The notes under the pieces were generated by a model that worked only from the letters and a program-made list of their open reading frames with translations, did no database searches and had not been told where the DNA came from. Made by a program: the position numbers and the translations under genes. This document shows, one piece after another, positions 49,274 to 62,943 of a stretch of DNA of 64,000 bases (position 1 is the first letter of the stretch; the number at the start of each line of letters is the position of its first letter). The stretch is from Oopsacas minuta (lineage: Eukaryota; Animalia; Porifera), in NCBI GenBank assembly GCA_024704765.1, contig JAKMXF010000335.1:124001-188000 (forward strand), written 5' to 3'.

Positions 49274-50019
49274 TATGCTAATCTGATAGGTAATACAAAT
49301 ATACGCATACGATGAAGCACGATCAAGCACAAGTCTTCAAGAAATACACTGCATTTGTGCTATCAAGATTCCTAAAACCGGCTGAAATTCTAGATAATGT
49401 ATCTTATGATTTTCAAGAGTTAATTAATTCCGTCAAATTACGTATATTTCAGAATGTTATTAGCTTTCCTTTTCAACCATAAAATACGTTTTTACTGGCA
49501 ATTATCTAATTTGATCAATTATATCAGGCTGGCACATTGAAACAATAAAGTACAAAAGTTGGAGAAATAATATCAATAACAAATGATTCAAAATAAGCTT
49601 TTCCAACAACAAAAGTTAAGGTCATTTTTCTACTGTTTCGTTAATCGAATACAGCAGAAGAAATTTGTAGGTAAGCACTTCAAAATCAAATTAAGGGTTC
49701 ATATATCTACTAATTACGTCTGGATAACGCATTACCCTGCAATTTATCTTATTCAAAGCAGGTGTGGTGAGGTGAGATTTAATAGAAGTAAGTATACTTG
49801 TCAATTAAATTTACATAATTGGTATTTAATAGATACATTCAATATAAACTCGAGTTGTGTAGCAATTATTTTCGTTATTATTGACTGACGAATGTAAATG
49901 TGCTAAAGATTATATTCATGTAATGTTATATGGTAAATATTGTTCATAATTCCAAAGCTACCCTAGATTTGATATAAATATTGAAATAATCCCCCTAAAA
50001 TGACAAATTAGAACCACTA

Positions 50020-50170
50020 CAGTCAACTCCCGTTAGATCGAAGTTCAATAGACCGCATTGATTACCTTGATTTTGATAATTTGGCTTAGGACCATATTTG
50101 TACACTTTCAGACTTTGATAAAAGTAGTTAATTCGATATATCCGTGTTCGTTATGACAGAAGTTAAGTGT
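50020..50170. mobile_element. MITE family A copy with decayed right end
   Basis: TA|CAGTCAACTCCCGTTAGATCGAAG left end and internal GGACCATATTTGTACA, as in the 20036 copy. Confidence 0.7.
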
Positions 50171-53100
50171 ATATTATACCCTAGTTACGTGATTGCATTG
50201 AAATATGCGCCACTATTGAAATTGACAAATCTAAATAAATTCATATTACTAAACTCTATTGAAATTGGGAATTTAAGTTTAAACGTATTAACATGGCATA
50301 CAAAAGGGCTGCATTCATAGATTCTAAACGTGACAACTGTCACACTTAACTACGAATGACACCAGAAAAATGAGAGATATTCACGGATTTGTAAAGATTT
50401 CGCGACACAAACCTGAAATCTTAGATGTGAAAGAGAGTGCAAAATTTAATGCTTGATAAAACCATGCAATTGGAAACCATAAACTCTATACATTTTATAG
50501 ATTTGTTTGGCTTGAAGTTTTTGGAAGTGAAATTGTCTCCTAGAATGGCAACAGTAATTACATAGGAAAAAGTGTTAAAGGAAATGTGCTAAATAAAATT
50601 ACTATTCAAGTCAAACAATACACCACAAGGTTGGCTACTTTACTAATAGGAACACTGTTAAGGATAAATATAACCGCAAAAAGTTAGTGTTTAGTTTCTC
50701 TTATTGTCTGAATCGGTCTCTCATCTGGTATGGGAAGATAGTAAAGTTTCGCCATATGTGTGTTGGGATTGTGGTATTGTCATTGAAGCTTATGTGGGGG
50801 AATTGATGGAGCTTATCTATTTGAAAACAATAATATTTGCCAAAACATAAAATTTCGATAAGCACGACTTCCCTTTCACCAAAAGAATCAATATTTGGGA
50901 TATTCGTTTGAGGTCTAACCGCGATTTGTAAATGTATTCAGTTTGCATTGTCTGTAAGGTCGCAAAGCACAAAGCCGCTAGCCTCTGATGTATTTGAAAA
51001 CTATTATACTTCCTTTAGAAGTTATTACAAGGCGTTTTTATGGAACTCCAGATAATATTCGACAAGAGTATTCGTGTTTTATCCATCCTAGGCCTCTAAA
51101 TAGATGTTTTTGGTATTCAAAAGTTTGAAATCCACTGGTTAACCCTTACTTACTTCTGCTTTAAGTCAAAACTGAGTTTCCATTCATTTAATAATATCTC
51201 TATTCGGATAAGACGTACACTCGGATAATATGAACTAAGTTTAGTTTCACAAGGTTTAAATCTTATCCGAGTTCTGTTGTACTAGTATGTTCCAGGACAT
51301 TGAGTCATCAAAATTCGATGAATCCCCTCCCATAAACCACAGTATCTCAAGTGAAGACTCTATATGGAAATGATTCTATATGATAATGGCTGTGACTGGT
51401 GAGGCCATAGCTATACTACTTTTTCCTAGCGTTACCCACCTATACAAACCCACTATGTCTTTATCACATTTTGCATACTGCCCTTACGTCCTTACACTTT
51501 TAATTTCACTACTACAGGCCTGAAAAAGGACTAGATCCAACATGAAGAAAATTGTTTGATGGATGTGATTTTGAATTCTACTAACCTCGAATAATCTCAA
51601 TTCGGTCTACAATTGATAAAATAAACGGATAAATAATCAAAAGTATTATAAAGATACAATTATTCTGCAAACATGTTAAGCCATCATTTATTTAGGGTTA
51701 TACCATAATATTATTGTTCAATAAACCACTAATTCGTATGTAATGAATCTTTTTATTACCAAATACTATTGGGTTATCCGAAAATAATCATTAAGTATTA
51801 TCTCAAAAAGTTATTGCTGAAAATGGGAGTGGTTATATGGGATTTCTGTCAAATTTTCAATTTTGTGAAATGATTACATATTTATGACTCATGAATCGTT
51901 TATTAAGGAATAATTTGTATTATACGCTACAATCAAAAGTAACTTTACTACTAGTATTATTAAAATATGATAGTAAGTACCTCTTAAAAATACAATAGTT
52001 ATGTAAAATGATCGAATTGCGCTACCCTACTTTTACTTGTGGTGGATATTACTGCATACGAAGCAACTTGAGCTTATGATATAACCTTGAGAAAAATTCA
52101 TAGAATTTACCACACGAATTGCACAATTCCGAATGTTTATAAGAAATATACTAATTGTCTGTGTCAAGGATGTTAATGTTATCAAAAGCAAATTGTAATT
52201 AGGTTGTGTTAAAAGCTTGGAAGTTGAATGTATTTAAGATTACATGTGTTAATATTGACAAATTGAGTTATGGAGATTGTTCCTCTAGATATGATAACTA
52301 TTATCTCGAAGCCATGCATATATGTATGACTGTACATTACGATATTTCGCTGTGTGAAATATAGCAGAAATTGTACATTTCTTGGCTTTCACGTTTTTAT
52401 CAACTTGCAGCTTGTTAAAAATATTGACAGAAAATTAGAAATTACAGATGGAATTTACTGTTCGCCACAGGCAATTAATGATAAGTTCAATATAGGAAGT
52501 AGATCAAATAAAATTATTATTTTGCAAGATAATAAGTTTCTCTAGTCAAATATTAAAAGTATTTTCAACTGCAATCATTCTGGAATTTCCATATCCTCCT
52601 AGCTTATAAAAATTATAAGCTAAGAGGATATGGCGGTTTCAGAATGATTGTTTTATCTGCAAAGTAATATTCAAATTGCTTACAAGTAATTTTAATAATT
52701 TTTAGAACATATGCATGTACATTATTACAGATTTTGTTAATATTTCCAGCATATATCTACCAAATTTACTGTAGCTCCATGAATATATATATTGCTCGTG
52801 ATATTTTCAACCTACAAATTAATACAAAATCATAACCAAGGTTACTTAACATAACTCCCACCAGAATGAGTTCATTGGTTTATTATTAGAATTGCAAACA
52901 TAGCATGGGGTAGTTAAACACCATGTTTTACAAACTTAGTAAGCAAAATGGATATTTTATGCTGAATATAGTTTGCTCATATTATTAGCATATACATTCG
53001 CCAAATTCATAGAGTTATGCTATGCACGTCAATACGATTGTTAAAAAATACCAACACTGTTTCATCGTTGATATGTAAAATTTTGGTAATATATTGCTAC

Positions 53101-56100
53101 GTGCATACATGAAATAATTGTGAGATATTGCAATAAGAAAAGCACAGAGCACATATTTTAGGCTTGAGAGAGAAACACTTTTTATATGATAAGTTGTATT
53201 TTCAACATAATTGTTGAATTTTTGCTCAGAATACTTGTACGGTAAATGGCGAGTATACTTTTATTACTGATTTCCTGCGACATATTTTTCGTAAATAAAT
53301 AAATAATTTAGTATTACATAATATTGATTTAGAAGTATCAAAAGTATAATATGTGATTACATAAGATGATAAAAGAAATATCCAAAACAATCAAACGCAA
53401 TTATTTGCTATTGAATTTTGCATTGGATTTTCCCTGATCCTAAATATATAGAATGAAACTGAAATCGAAGTATTATTAGTATATCAAGCACAAGGATAGA
53501 ATATGTTAACTGAAACATATAGGGTTTAGAAGATTGTCTAGAGGTTCCATATACTTCCATTTTATATCTTATTGAATCTATTTTTATAACAACCTATTGC
53601 ATCCCAAATATCTATTTATATACTTGTTAATTATTCGCTTGTAGCATTCTTACATAAGTTACTCAACCAAAATCTATTTCTATTGAATTTCCGAGAAGTT
53701 TGTTGGACTTAAATTATGAAATATTAATTGACACTAAACATTGAAATTGACACCTGAAATAATCTGAATCATTAAAGTGCTCTGAAGGAAGTGGAGAGTA
53801 CAGACGTCATTCAAAAAACCATTTTACATTATTACTGCTGTATGATTCTTACTGACGTATTATCAATTCGGTCTTCCCACGTAGATTATATCTCTAAATA
53901 GGACAATAGACCTTTATTAATAATATTCCAAATAATCGAAGCAAGAATAATTAAAATAGCATTGAATATGAATTTTATAGTTTTGTGTGTAATTACTGTA
54001 GCTAGGGTATTTCCTGGTGTAAAATTATAGAGCGATTGTATGTGCTGAAAAGGGTTTAGTTTGGAGGGAGAGACCCCAAAAAGAATATTGAATCGTCATG
54101 CATGATTTTATAATGCGTAAACTATAGAATACGTATCACATCAGTTTTCAAACTTCTTGAATAGAGTAATTAGTACGAACATCACTTTATTAACTTAACA
54201 AGTTCGCGTTCTGCTAAATTACACAAATATTCCGCAATTATTATAAAATAAGATATATCATATGAATTACAGATGTTTTCTATACATGTGATATCTGCCG
54301 CAAATATGCAACTAATAGTTTACGCAAGTAAACTGCTGTAGTGATGTTATCTACTAAAGAATCACGAAAATCATAAATTTATATTTGTAATATTTGTTAA
54401 TTAACTAGAAAAGAAATACATTGAATAAAAGTTTGAAATGTACGTCTCAACTATCCTGTATGATGTCTGAAGAATTTGAATTAATTTTTGGGAATAATCA
54501 CCTGGAATGGTTTCTTATTAAAAAGGTTTATTGCGTGTGTTTAAAAAATGAGATTTTTATTGTAAAAAGTTTATTGTAAAGATTCAGTACAAACGAGTAG
54601 AACTTTCAATTAACAATACCATATACAAAACGAAATTAAGTTGACCTACAATCATAAAAGATATTAGTAGCTGTAAATGTGGTAAAAAACAAAGGTGAAT
54701 ATTCTCAAATACGATATGGATTTTATAGGTTTCTTCTGAAGTTCCCCATAACTACCAATCGCTTAAAATGCTAACTTGCCCGATTATATTTGCTAATTCC
54801 ATGGATTTTCGAAAATTTTCCTGATTTTACAAGTGTTGCATCCATAATTAGCAAGTTCAGGCTATTATTTGGGAAAAGATGGCCATTCATTTGCAATTAT
54901 TTCCTTGATTCTCAATTTCTTTTGGATTTCTAGTAAATCCCAGGAGGGTCTGCAAGCATCAGCAACTAACTGATAATACAGAGTTGGAATTTATAGTTCT
55001 AAGTACACTAATTTATGAGAAATATCCGAGAATTATATCAATTCGCGCCATTAGTTAAGCAATGTCTACTCGAATAGCTGAAATTTAATAAATTGTAAAC
55101 TTTACTCATCATTACTTACAAATCACTCCTTTTAAGAGTAACTACCTCAAATTTTCAGATCAAGCAGAACTAGTACAGGTGGTTTTACACTGGTACTTTA
55201 AGATACAAATCATTGAAATATGCTAAAAATATGCTGAGTATGTAAACTGTAGATAAACAAGTATAATATTAAATCACTAGGACATTGATGTTTAATCTAA
55301 TTAAATGATATATAACAAATTCTATTGATTTCGTTGAGTTGAGACCGCAGGCTTGTTTGTAATTTATTGGATCGTTAAGTGTTACCACTTAAATCATTAA
55401 TTTTTAGACGATTCATTGAAAAATCTACCAATTGATGTAAAACAAGTGATGCTTTGTTAAACTTCCGAATGAATGCAGTCAGGTTGTAAATATGCGATTG
55501 GTTTTCAGCGAGTATTTCGTTCATGGTACAGTGAGGATATGGTATTGTATTGCAGAATTTAAAAGAATAGCCTCAAATATTTTGTGTAAGGAAATATTCG
55601 GTTTATGTAGTATAGATTAATCAAATTTGCACTGAACGCATCAACGGACAATAGTGTTCAGGGATTTAATTGTGGTATTATCCATTCTTGTGATCAGTTT
55701 CAGCAAAAATGATTATGTTCAATAAATGGTGATTTCAGGGTCATTAATTGACTAGATTAACCAGCGGTTAATTATGTACTATCTTCCTTTGATCAACAAG
55801 GTGCAATAGGATATGTCGCTGAATTTGTGTTCGAATTTATTTTCACTCCATTATTAATTGTAACATGTTCGTTGAATTCATTGTCAAATTAAATTATACA
55901 AATCACCGTGTTTCCCTTCTAGTGATGTGTAATTCGAATATCCTTTTGATTAATTATTTGTTTGGCTATTAATACCATCAAATATAATCTATGTACTTGA
56001 TTCATTGATTTTTGAACAAAAAAAGGCACTGTGCATGCTACAATTTTTTTGTTTTTCATAGAACAGTTTTACTTTCTCGCCTGGCATGACCTATTTTGGA

Positions 56101-57894
56101 CTTCAATAAAAACCGCTCATTCATTCTATTGTAATAATATAATCTCAGCAATTATCTACCACCTAAATCAAGAATATCAATTTTCCCAAAATCACGCCTG
56201 TTAAACACTTAGCAAGTACTCCACAAATTTTGCGTATAGGAAGCACAGCTATTGAATAATACATATATATCAACCACACACCCGAATCGACATTGAGATA
56301 AGAACATTCTAAAAAGGAATGAAACAGATAACGTAATTGCCCTAGACAGAAAGGCACTGAACAATACAGCCATATACTTTACTGCATACATAAGATGGAA
56401 TATTTCACTAGGCTATTGTATGGAAACCATTCGAGGAATCTTGAAACGAAGAAATGTCATTTCTAAGGCTAATTTATACATTTCTAACAGGTCTTCTTGT
56501 TGCGTGGTTTCTTCATAAAGTTTCATCAGTCACTCAGTCAATTGATTAATTAATTCAAAATAGAATAAAATATTATATCCTAAGAAATTCGACCATAAAC
56601 ACATGTAAATATATATTGTTCATAAAAGTCAATTTGTGTAAAAATTAAGTAATTTTTGGATGTAATTTTAATTAGGATTCGTCAAATATGTATGAATTCA
56701 TAATATACAATGATTTTAAAACCAGTTGTTCGTAATATGCTACTCCAGAGGAAATATATTAATCGTTCGGTTTCAAATCACGCCATAGATATTTCCAATA
56801 ATTATATTTATTTAAATATCTAATGAAGAATAATTTTACGAAAGAGCATTGAATTGCTTATCATATCCGTTATGTTATCCAAACTTGATCTTTCAAAAGT
56901 CCCTGATTAGTAAAAATCTAGTAGACTAAATTATTAGATTATGGAACTAGAACTTACTAACTACAGATAGAAAATTCGTATAAAACAAAAACCATATGGT
57001 TAGATCCTAAAATGTTTATGTTTACAACTAATCGTAAACAAATTAACCTCAAATCATGCAACATTATTTGATTGTTTGGTTATGAACTGTTAATATCATT
57101 AATTATATAATCAAAGCAAACGCTTGAACTAAGGTCAGTTGATATACCATTAATCTGCACTTACATAAAATAATGTATCATTAAGTAAAAGCGGAACTAC
57201 CTAGTGTGTGTGAAATTTGCTATTTTTGCTAAATTCTGAACTATATATGCATAATACAGTATTTTCAATAGTTTAACCAACTATTAGCTCTCATACTTTT
57301 CAACTCAAACAATTCATGATAGATTTGAGGCAGATGAGCTATATTTTAATCATCATTTCTATATACGTAGTGTGTATTAGTGCTAATTTTTAAATCATCT
57401 CATGCAAGTAGCAAATAGTTATGTCGATTCTAAGTTTTAACTCAGCAAGAGTTAGGTCGGTTGTATAATAAGCAATACTCACTGTACTAACATTCTGATC
57501 TAACCGAAACCTGACCAACCACTCCATCTCCTACCGGCTACGGCTATGGCTCAGAGTACAATATCAGACAGCATATTGTAACCAGTTTACAACCCATGGA
57601 TACTAACACAGTTTTAGGTAATTATTTGAAAGTCTAATATATTAATATAATTATTATCGTAAAATGTGAGATAAGTTGAGAGAGAATAGATACTTTCATT
57701 TGGAATTAATACGTATTAATCCACTAAACTCCAAATCAAATAGGATTACTGTTTAAAAATAGTATAAGAATCATGCGCAATAACATTGCGTGTACAAACC
57801 ATATATTCCTTGATGAAATTCCCACTCTAATGAAACATATGTTCACGGGGGACCATACAAATCGTTTCAAGTAATTTATGTGATTTAATAACCC

Positions 57895-57917
57895 ATAATA
57901 ATAATAATAATAATAAT
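57895..57917. repeat. (ATA)n microsatellite
   Basis: About 7.7 perfect ATA units. Confidence 0.9.
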
Positions 57918-60900
57918 CAAATGAGGAAAATGTCAAAGTATGCTTGAATAATACAATATTCTACCAATTCTAATTGATGATAATTAAATACCAATTAGTG
58001 CACCCACATTAAAGAATTTATCTGAATATTGAAGGTTGTTAGGAATTTGTCCTGTTTATGTCCCTAGAATTTCTCAGGTACATTTAATTTCCACTCAGCT
58101 TTCCCCTCAAATGTAATTAAGTTATCAAAAATATTCTCTTTACTAGTAATGTTCTCTGGAACCTAGTTAACAAAAGGAATTTTGAAAATTATTCCTCGAA
58201 AAAACGTTCCGTTAGGTTATTTATAAGGCCAGTGGAACTGGCTTTTGTCTTACCCTAATACAACTTTAATATGGGGCAGACGTGCCTGGCCGCTGTTCGA
58301 ATCGAATATTTTGATTATACGAATATTTATTTGATCTTCAATATTGCCAAATTTTGTCATTTATTCATTGGAGTTTCGTGTAATAAAGCTTTCGCCATTA
58401 TTAATAATACACATCCCATGTACTGCTGCTTATCAATTGATCTGGACATAATTCGCCTTATCTCCATAGCAAACAAATTCTAGGTATCTGTTGTTGGTTG
58501 GGTAAGCATGGTTGCTCTCATTTAATACTAACTAGGTAAATAGGAAATATGATCTCTTCATTAATAACTTTATCATACAAACTGCTTATATACTGTTGAA
58601 CATATGGAGAACGTTCTCAAATATTTACAAACCAAATAACAAGAGGGCGTCGTGTTTTCCACCCCAACAGAACATTTACAAGATGTTAATTCATTAGATA
58701 ATTATTATTGGACCTGGAAAAGACAGGGAATTATTCTCATCAAAGATCAAATACATTCTCAATGCAGATGGCCTATTGAAGTTTAAAGTATTTGTATCTT
58801 CCCCCTGATTGAAGAAATAAATAGCGAATTAAATCACAAATATTATCACTTATAATGTCACAACAATATTAATTGAGTGGGAAGAATTGTTATCATAAAT
58901 TCTTATCGATAAAGTAATTAATAATTATTTATGGTTGGACAATATAACATCTTATTGCAAAAGATGTTGCTAGATCGCACTTGGCCGATTGTTGAAATAA
59001 GAATGTTAAATCAATGGAAACATTATCAAAGCTTGTTTAGGTTGAAAATTGTTATTTATTTGATAACTTATTCATTTGATTTTCACTTTTTATATGTCAA
59101 CTATCTTGTACTATAAGAGCGTTGGAGTAGAAATACTTGGAATAATTTGTGGGAGATTACACATGTTACCTCATAAACTTCGCTTGATCACCATTAATCA
59201 TACAAACACAAAAACATTTGATTTTCCACAGAATTTTACCTCAAATATTATAGATCACCACATACTGCTTATATCCATAAATTTCTCAAAATGATATCTT
59301 ATGAATTCAAGCATTTAGAATTGCTATAGACCTTCTGTACCTAGTCATCCTACAAAATTGTACCGAAATTATTTTAACATACTACAAATCTGCATAAAGT
59401 TTACGCAGTAAAAATATAATTTCCTAGGAAAAAGTAACGTAATTTTATGATGAAAACATAAATTCGGACCTATAGTCCTATACCTTAATAAAAATATATT
59501 TATGGATATGAGAAAATTGTGAATTTTGTTCATAATTTTGTGACACTTCACAAACCTTTTAAACTTTAAATTAACTCACAAATTACACAGTGGTTAAACC
59601 TCCAATACTTTATTAGTTAATTACCCAATAAATTACAGCTAATAGGAAATGTATGGAGACTATTTGTCTAAAGGCTGGAATAAATGAATTGGGAAAAATA
59701 TGGTTAAATCTATTTTGCTGATAAACGTATTTCTATTTACCTAGAGACATCCGACTTGTGACCCAAATCTAAACAATACAGCTTTACATACATTTGTATG
59801 AGGAAGAATTATCTATTTTCAAAACAGACGTAATCTCGAAGTTTAGTTGTGTAAAGATACCAACAACATACGTTTTCAATAAGGATATTATTGGGCATTA
59901 CATTATTACAGTAATTCAATTTATTAGGTAAATTCAATTCACATATATATGATAATTTATTTAGTAACGAGCCTTTGGCTCGTCGCTTTGCGATGAAATG
60001 CAAAGCGCCTCGAGGTATCGATTATTCTCCAAATTGACGAGCCCCTTTGAGTATTATAATATAGATATATTTAGAACAATATAATTCACAAATAATTCAC
60101 AAACTCCCTTTATAGCCGTTGAGTTCAAGTATCTACGTATATTCCTGATATAAGATGAACATTTATAGGAAGTTCATTAAGTACACCAATCTCTGCTTAA
60201 TAGGGTCACATTGGGACCAAGCCGTTTTGACAGGAGTAAATTAACACTTTTTGTATGGTTCTGTTTCTGGCCAATTGATCAGAATATCTCAGGCTTTATT
60301 AAGCAGAGTCTCATGTAAATAAATTCATTAGCAGAAAATCATATATAAACACTTACAGCAAGCAAAATACAATTTTGATTCTGAGATCAAAGATGAATAG
60401 ATTTAGAAATTATTCTAGGGTAATTATTCTGTAATCAAAGTAGACTTTATCTAAATCTAATAAGAAGTAATATTTACAAAATTTCAATCAACGGAAAATA
60501 ACCCTTTGGGTATGTTACAAATTTGGTTCGGAGAAATTATATTTTCTGAGATAAGCTTTGTATACGAAACATGCTAACATCTTTAATGTACTTACAGCAA
60601 TGCTCCTAATATACACTAATGCTTACAAGCTGATAAGAAATGTTTTGGTTTCGCAATCGTACATTTTCCAAATAATATCAAGTTATCTCATATCGGAATA
60701 CAATTACCAGAATTCAATGAATTGTGTAATTATTATATTCATACCATGTGAGATGCCATTATTCTAAATTGGCAATATGTAAATGCATTTATTAATGTTA
60801 CAGATAATGATCATTTATTGAATTCAAGGCCTCGAAAAAATCGCTCAAATTCACGCAAAATCTGGCGATATAAAGCAAAGGTTGAATATAAATAGAGTTA

Positions 60901-62064
60901 AGCGAAATTTGATAGCAAATAATAAACTGATAAGAAATGAATTCTTATTTAAAAACAGTCAGACATCATAATTCAAAAGTGATTTGCAATATATATTTAA
61001 GGTCCAAAGCACAAGTAATAGACTAAACATTATAAATTATGACATCATAATCAGTTCAAGTGTGGACACGATTATATTTTGGGTCAAATGGAATTTCATT
61101 GAGGGTTAAAACGTTACAAGTAACGTATTTTTGCGAAAATTTGAGTTTAGATATCATTTTTAGAGAAACAAAGTTTTCGTTCAAGTTTACTTCCCAATAT
61201 TATCCCCACTCATAATAGAATCATCGAATAATTATATCATCACCTATACGTAGTAATTAATTTGGAGTTACAGAATTGAATGTATTCCAAGGGATATTAT
61301 TGGATCAATTGAACTTTGGCCTAAAATTTCTGATGCAAATTATTTCCAAAACAATATATATTGTGGAATATCGTCAATACGATACTCCCAGATAAAATAC
61401 TAAAATACTGGCAGATAATTCACGTCATTAACTGTAAGATAAAGTCTAAAGAGGCTATATTAAGTGATAATTATGCTGAATATTGACACGTATAGCTACT
61501 CAGCAAAAATCGTTTGTAACTTATTATACTCAATTTTCGATTTGTTGTAAACTTTCATACAGCAATTGTACAGGTCAGAATATTTCTAATTTTGGATATA
61601 TTATCAATAAATTGATTATTTGCATTCTTTAGAAAATTTGATTGATTGAAACGTTGTTTAAACTATGGATATGAAAAGTTAGTACTCAACGAATTCGTTG
61701 ACATATTTATGCCTTGGTTAAACGCACACCAGACCCGTAAAAAGTTGCAAAATAACAATATTTCAAAAAAATGTAAAATTTGATATTCTTTTAAATCTTA
61801 ACTTTGGAACAGTTGTTCTTAAGAATCGACATTATCTAAAAGGTTGGCAATAGATGTACCATAATAATACAATGGATAAACGAACAGATTATGTTTCTAC
61901 CGTTTGACCATCGAATACAACAAAGAGCAGTGCGAATAACTAAATATACAATGGATTAATGGATAAAATATATTCTACTAAAACCTTAAATTGTAGCTAC
62001 TTCCATCCAAAATGTACCTAAATATTTCTGTGAACATTTTCAGATTTGTTTGCTAACAAGAACA

Positions 62065-62943
62065 ATGGATAAGTATTTGAGTGAAACTGGCGACCACTTA
62101 TTCTCACGTCTCTCCCACAAGGAAATAGATCTAACTAAACACCCTCTATTCTCAAAAGAAATTCTACAAATGAAAACAGTTCGTAGCATAGAAATCACTG
62201 GAACAGACTTTAGCGACAAAAATACTCTTTTGCATGAAATTATTATCAGTACATTGCTTCCTGATAAATTTGAAGATTATATTATTAATGGACAGAATGT
62301 TGGTGTAATTTTATTCGATTGTGAGCTAAATTTCCCAATTTTAGCTTTTGCAAAGTTTTTAGAAAGTCGCATAACTTATTTGTTGAGATCAAATTCAGCT
62401 TATATCTCAGATTTCGTAGAAGTTTCTCCAATACATGTTTCACGTTTGAAAGAACTATGTTTATCCAGGCTCTGGTTATACAAAATTTCTAGCGTATTAG
62501 AGCTACATGCAAATTTATTAGCAACTATTGATTTTATTACCGGAATGCAGGATACAGGATTAATACTAATAGATGGAATATCACAGTATTTATGGATGGA
62601 TGTTAATCTCTCGGAACAAGGATATACAGACACACAGCTAGTGAATCGGTTCATATCTATTCTACAAAAGATAGAGTTCTCTACGAATTTAACTATTATG
62701 ATTGCTGGGACAGTGGATAATTATGGAAATACAAAGAAACAAGGATCACATATAGAAGGACAAACTTTTAAAAGATTGAATTCTAAAAGTAAAGCGTGGG
62801 AACAGTATTTTCGCTGTAGAATTATGTTAGAGAAACAAGGGAGCACTCAGATGGCGTATATTCGAGTTAGTAATAATAATCAGTCGAGTAAGGTTGAATT
62901 ACAGTTTGAAATATCAGAAAAAGGCTTTGAAATAATTTCATAA
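62065..62943 (+). CDS. XRCC2: RAD51 paralog, most similar to XRCC2 (ATG at 62065; the ORF track starts at TTG 62050)
   Basis: IEITG....KNTLLHEII.STLLP, VILFDCELNF and Walker B LILIDGISQYLWMD resemble the XRCC2 motifs CILP, VLFIDTDYHF and LDSLSAFYWID. Confidence 0.7.
   Translation: MDKYLSETGDHLFSRLSHKEIDLTKHPLFSKEILQMKTVRSIEITGTDFSDKNTLLHEIIISTLLPDKFEDYIINGQNVGVILFDCELNFPILAFAKFLESRITYLLRSNSAYISDFVEVSPIHVSRLKELCLSRLWLYKISSVLELHANLLATIDFITGMQDTGLILIDGISQYLWMDVNLSEQGYTDTQLVNRFISILQKIEFSTNLTIMIAGTVDNYGNTKKQGSHIEGQTFKRLNSKSKAWEQYFRCRIMLEKQGSTQMAYIRVSNNNQSSKVELQFEISEKGFEIIS

Noticed and set aside
50701-50850. Protein-like short frames (VCWDCG here; others near 54750-54990 on the minus strand and 58600-58810)
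   Set aside because: Interrupted by stops, no consistent splice sites and no family recognisable by eye. A tBLASTn or BLASTx search would be needed to revive them as pseudogene fragments.
25040-60767. About 30 short (60-101 aa) ORFs in the desert
   Set aside because: Low-complexity I/Y/F/N/K-rich translations typical of random AT-rich DNA; many start at TTG or GTG; no domains recognised.
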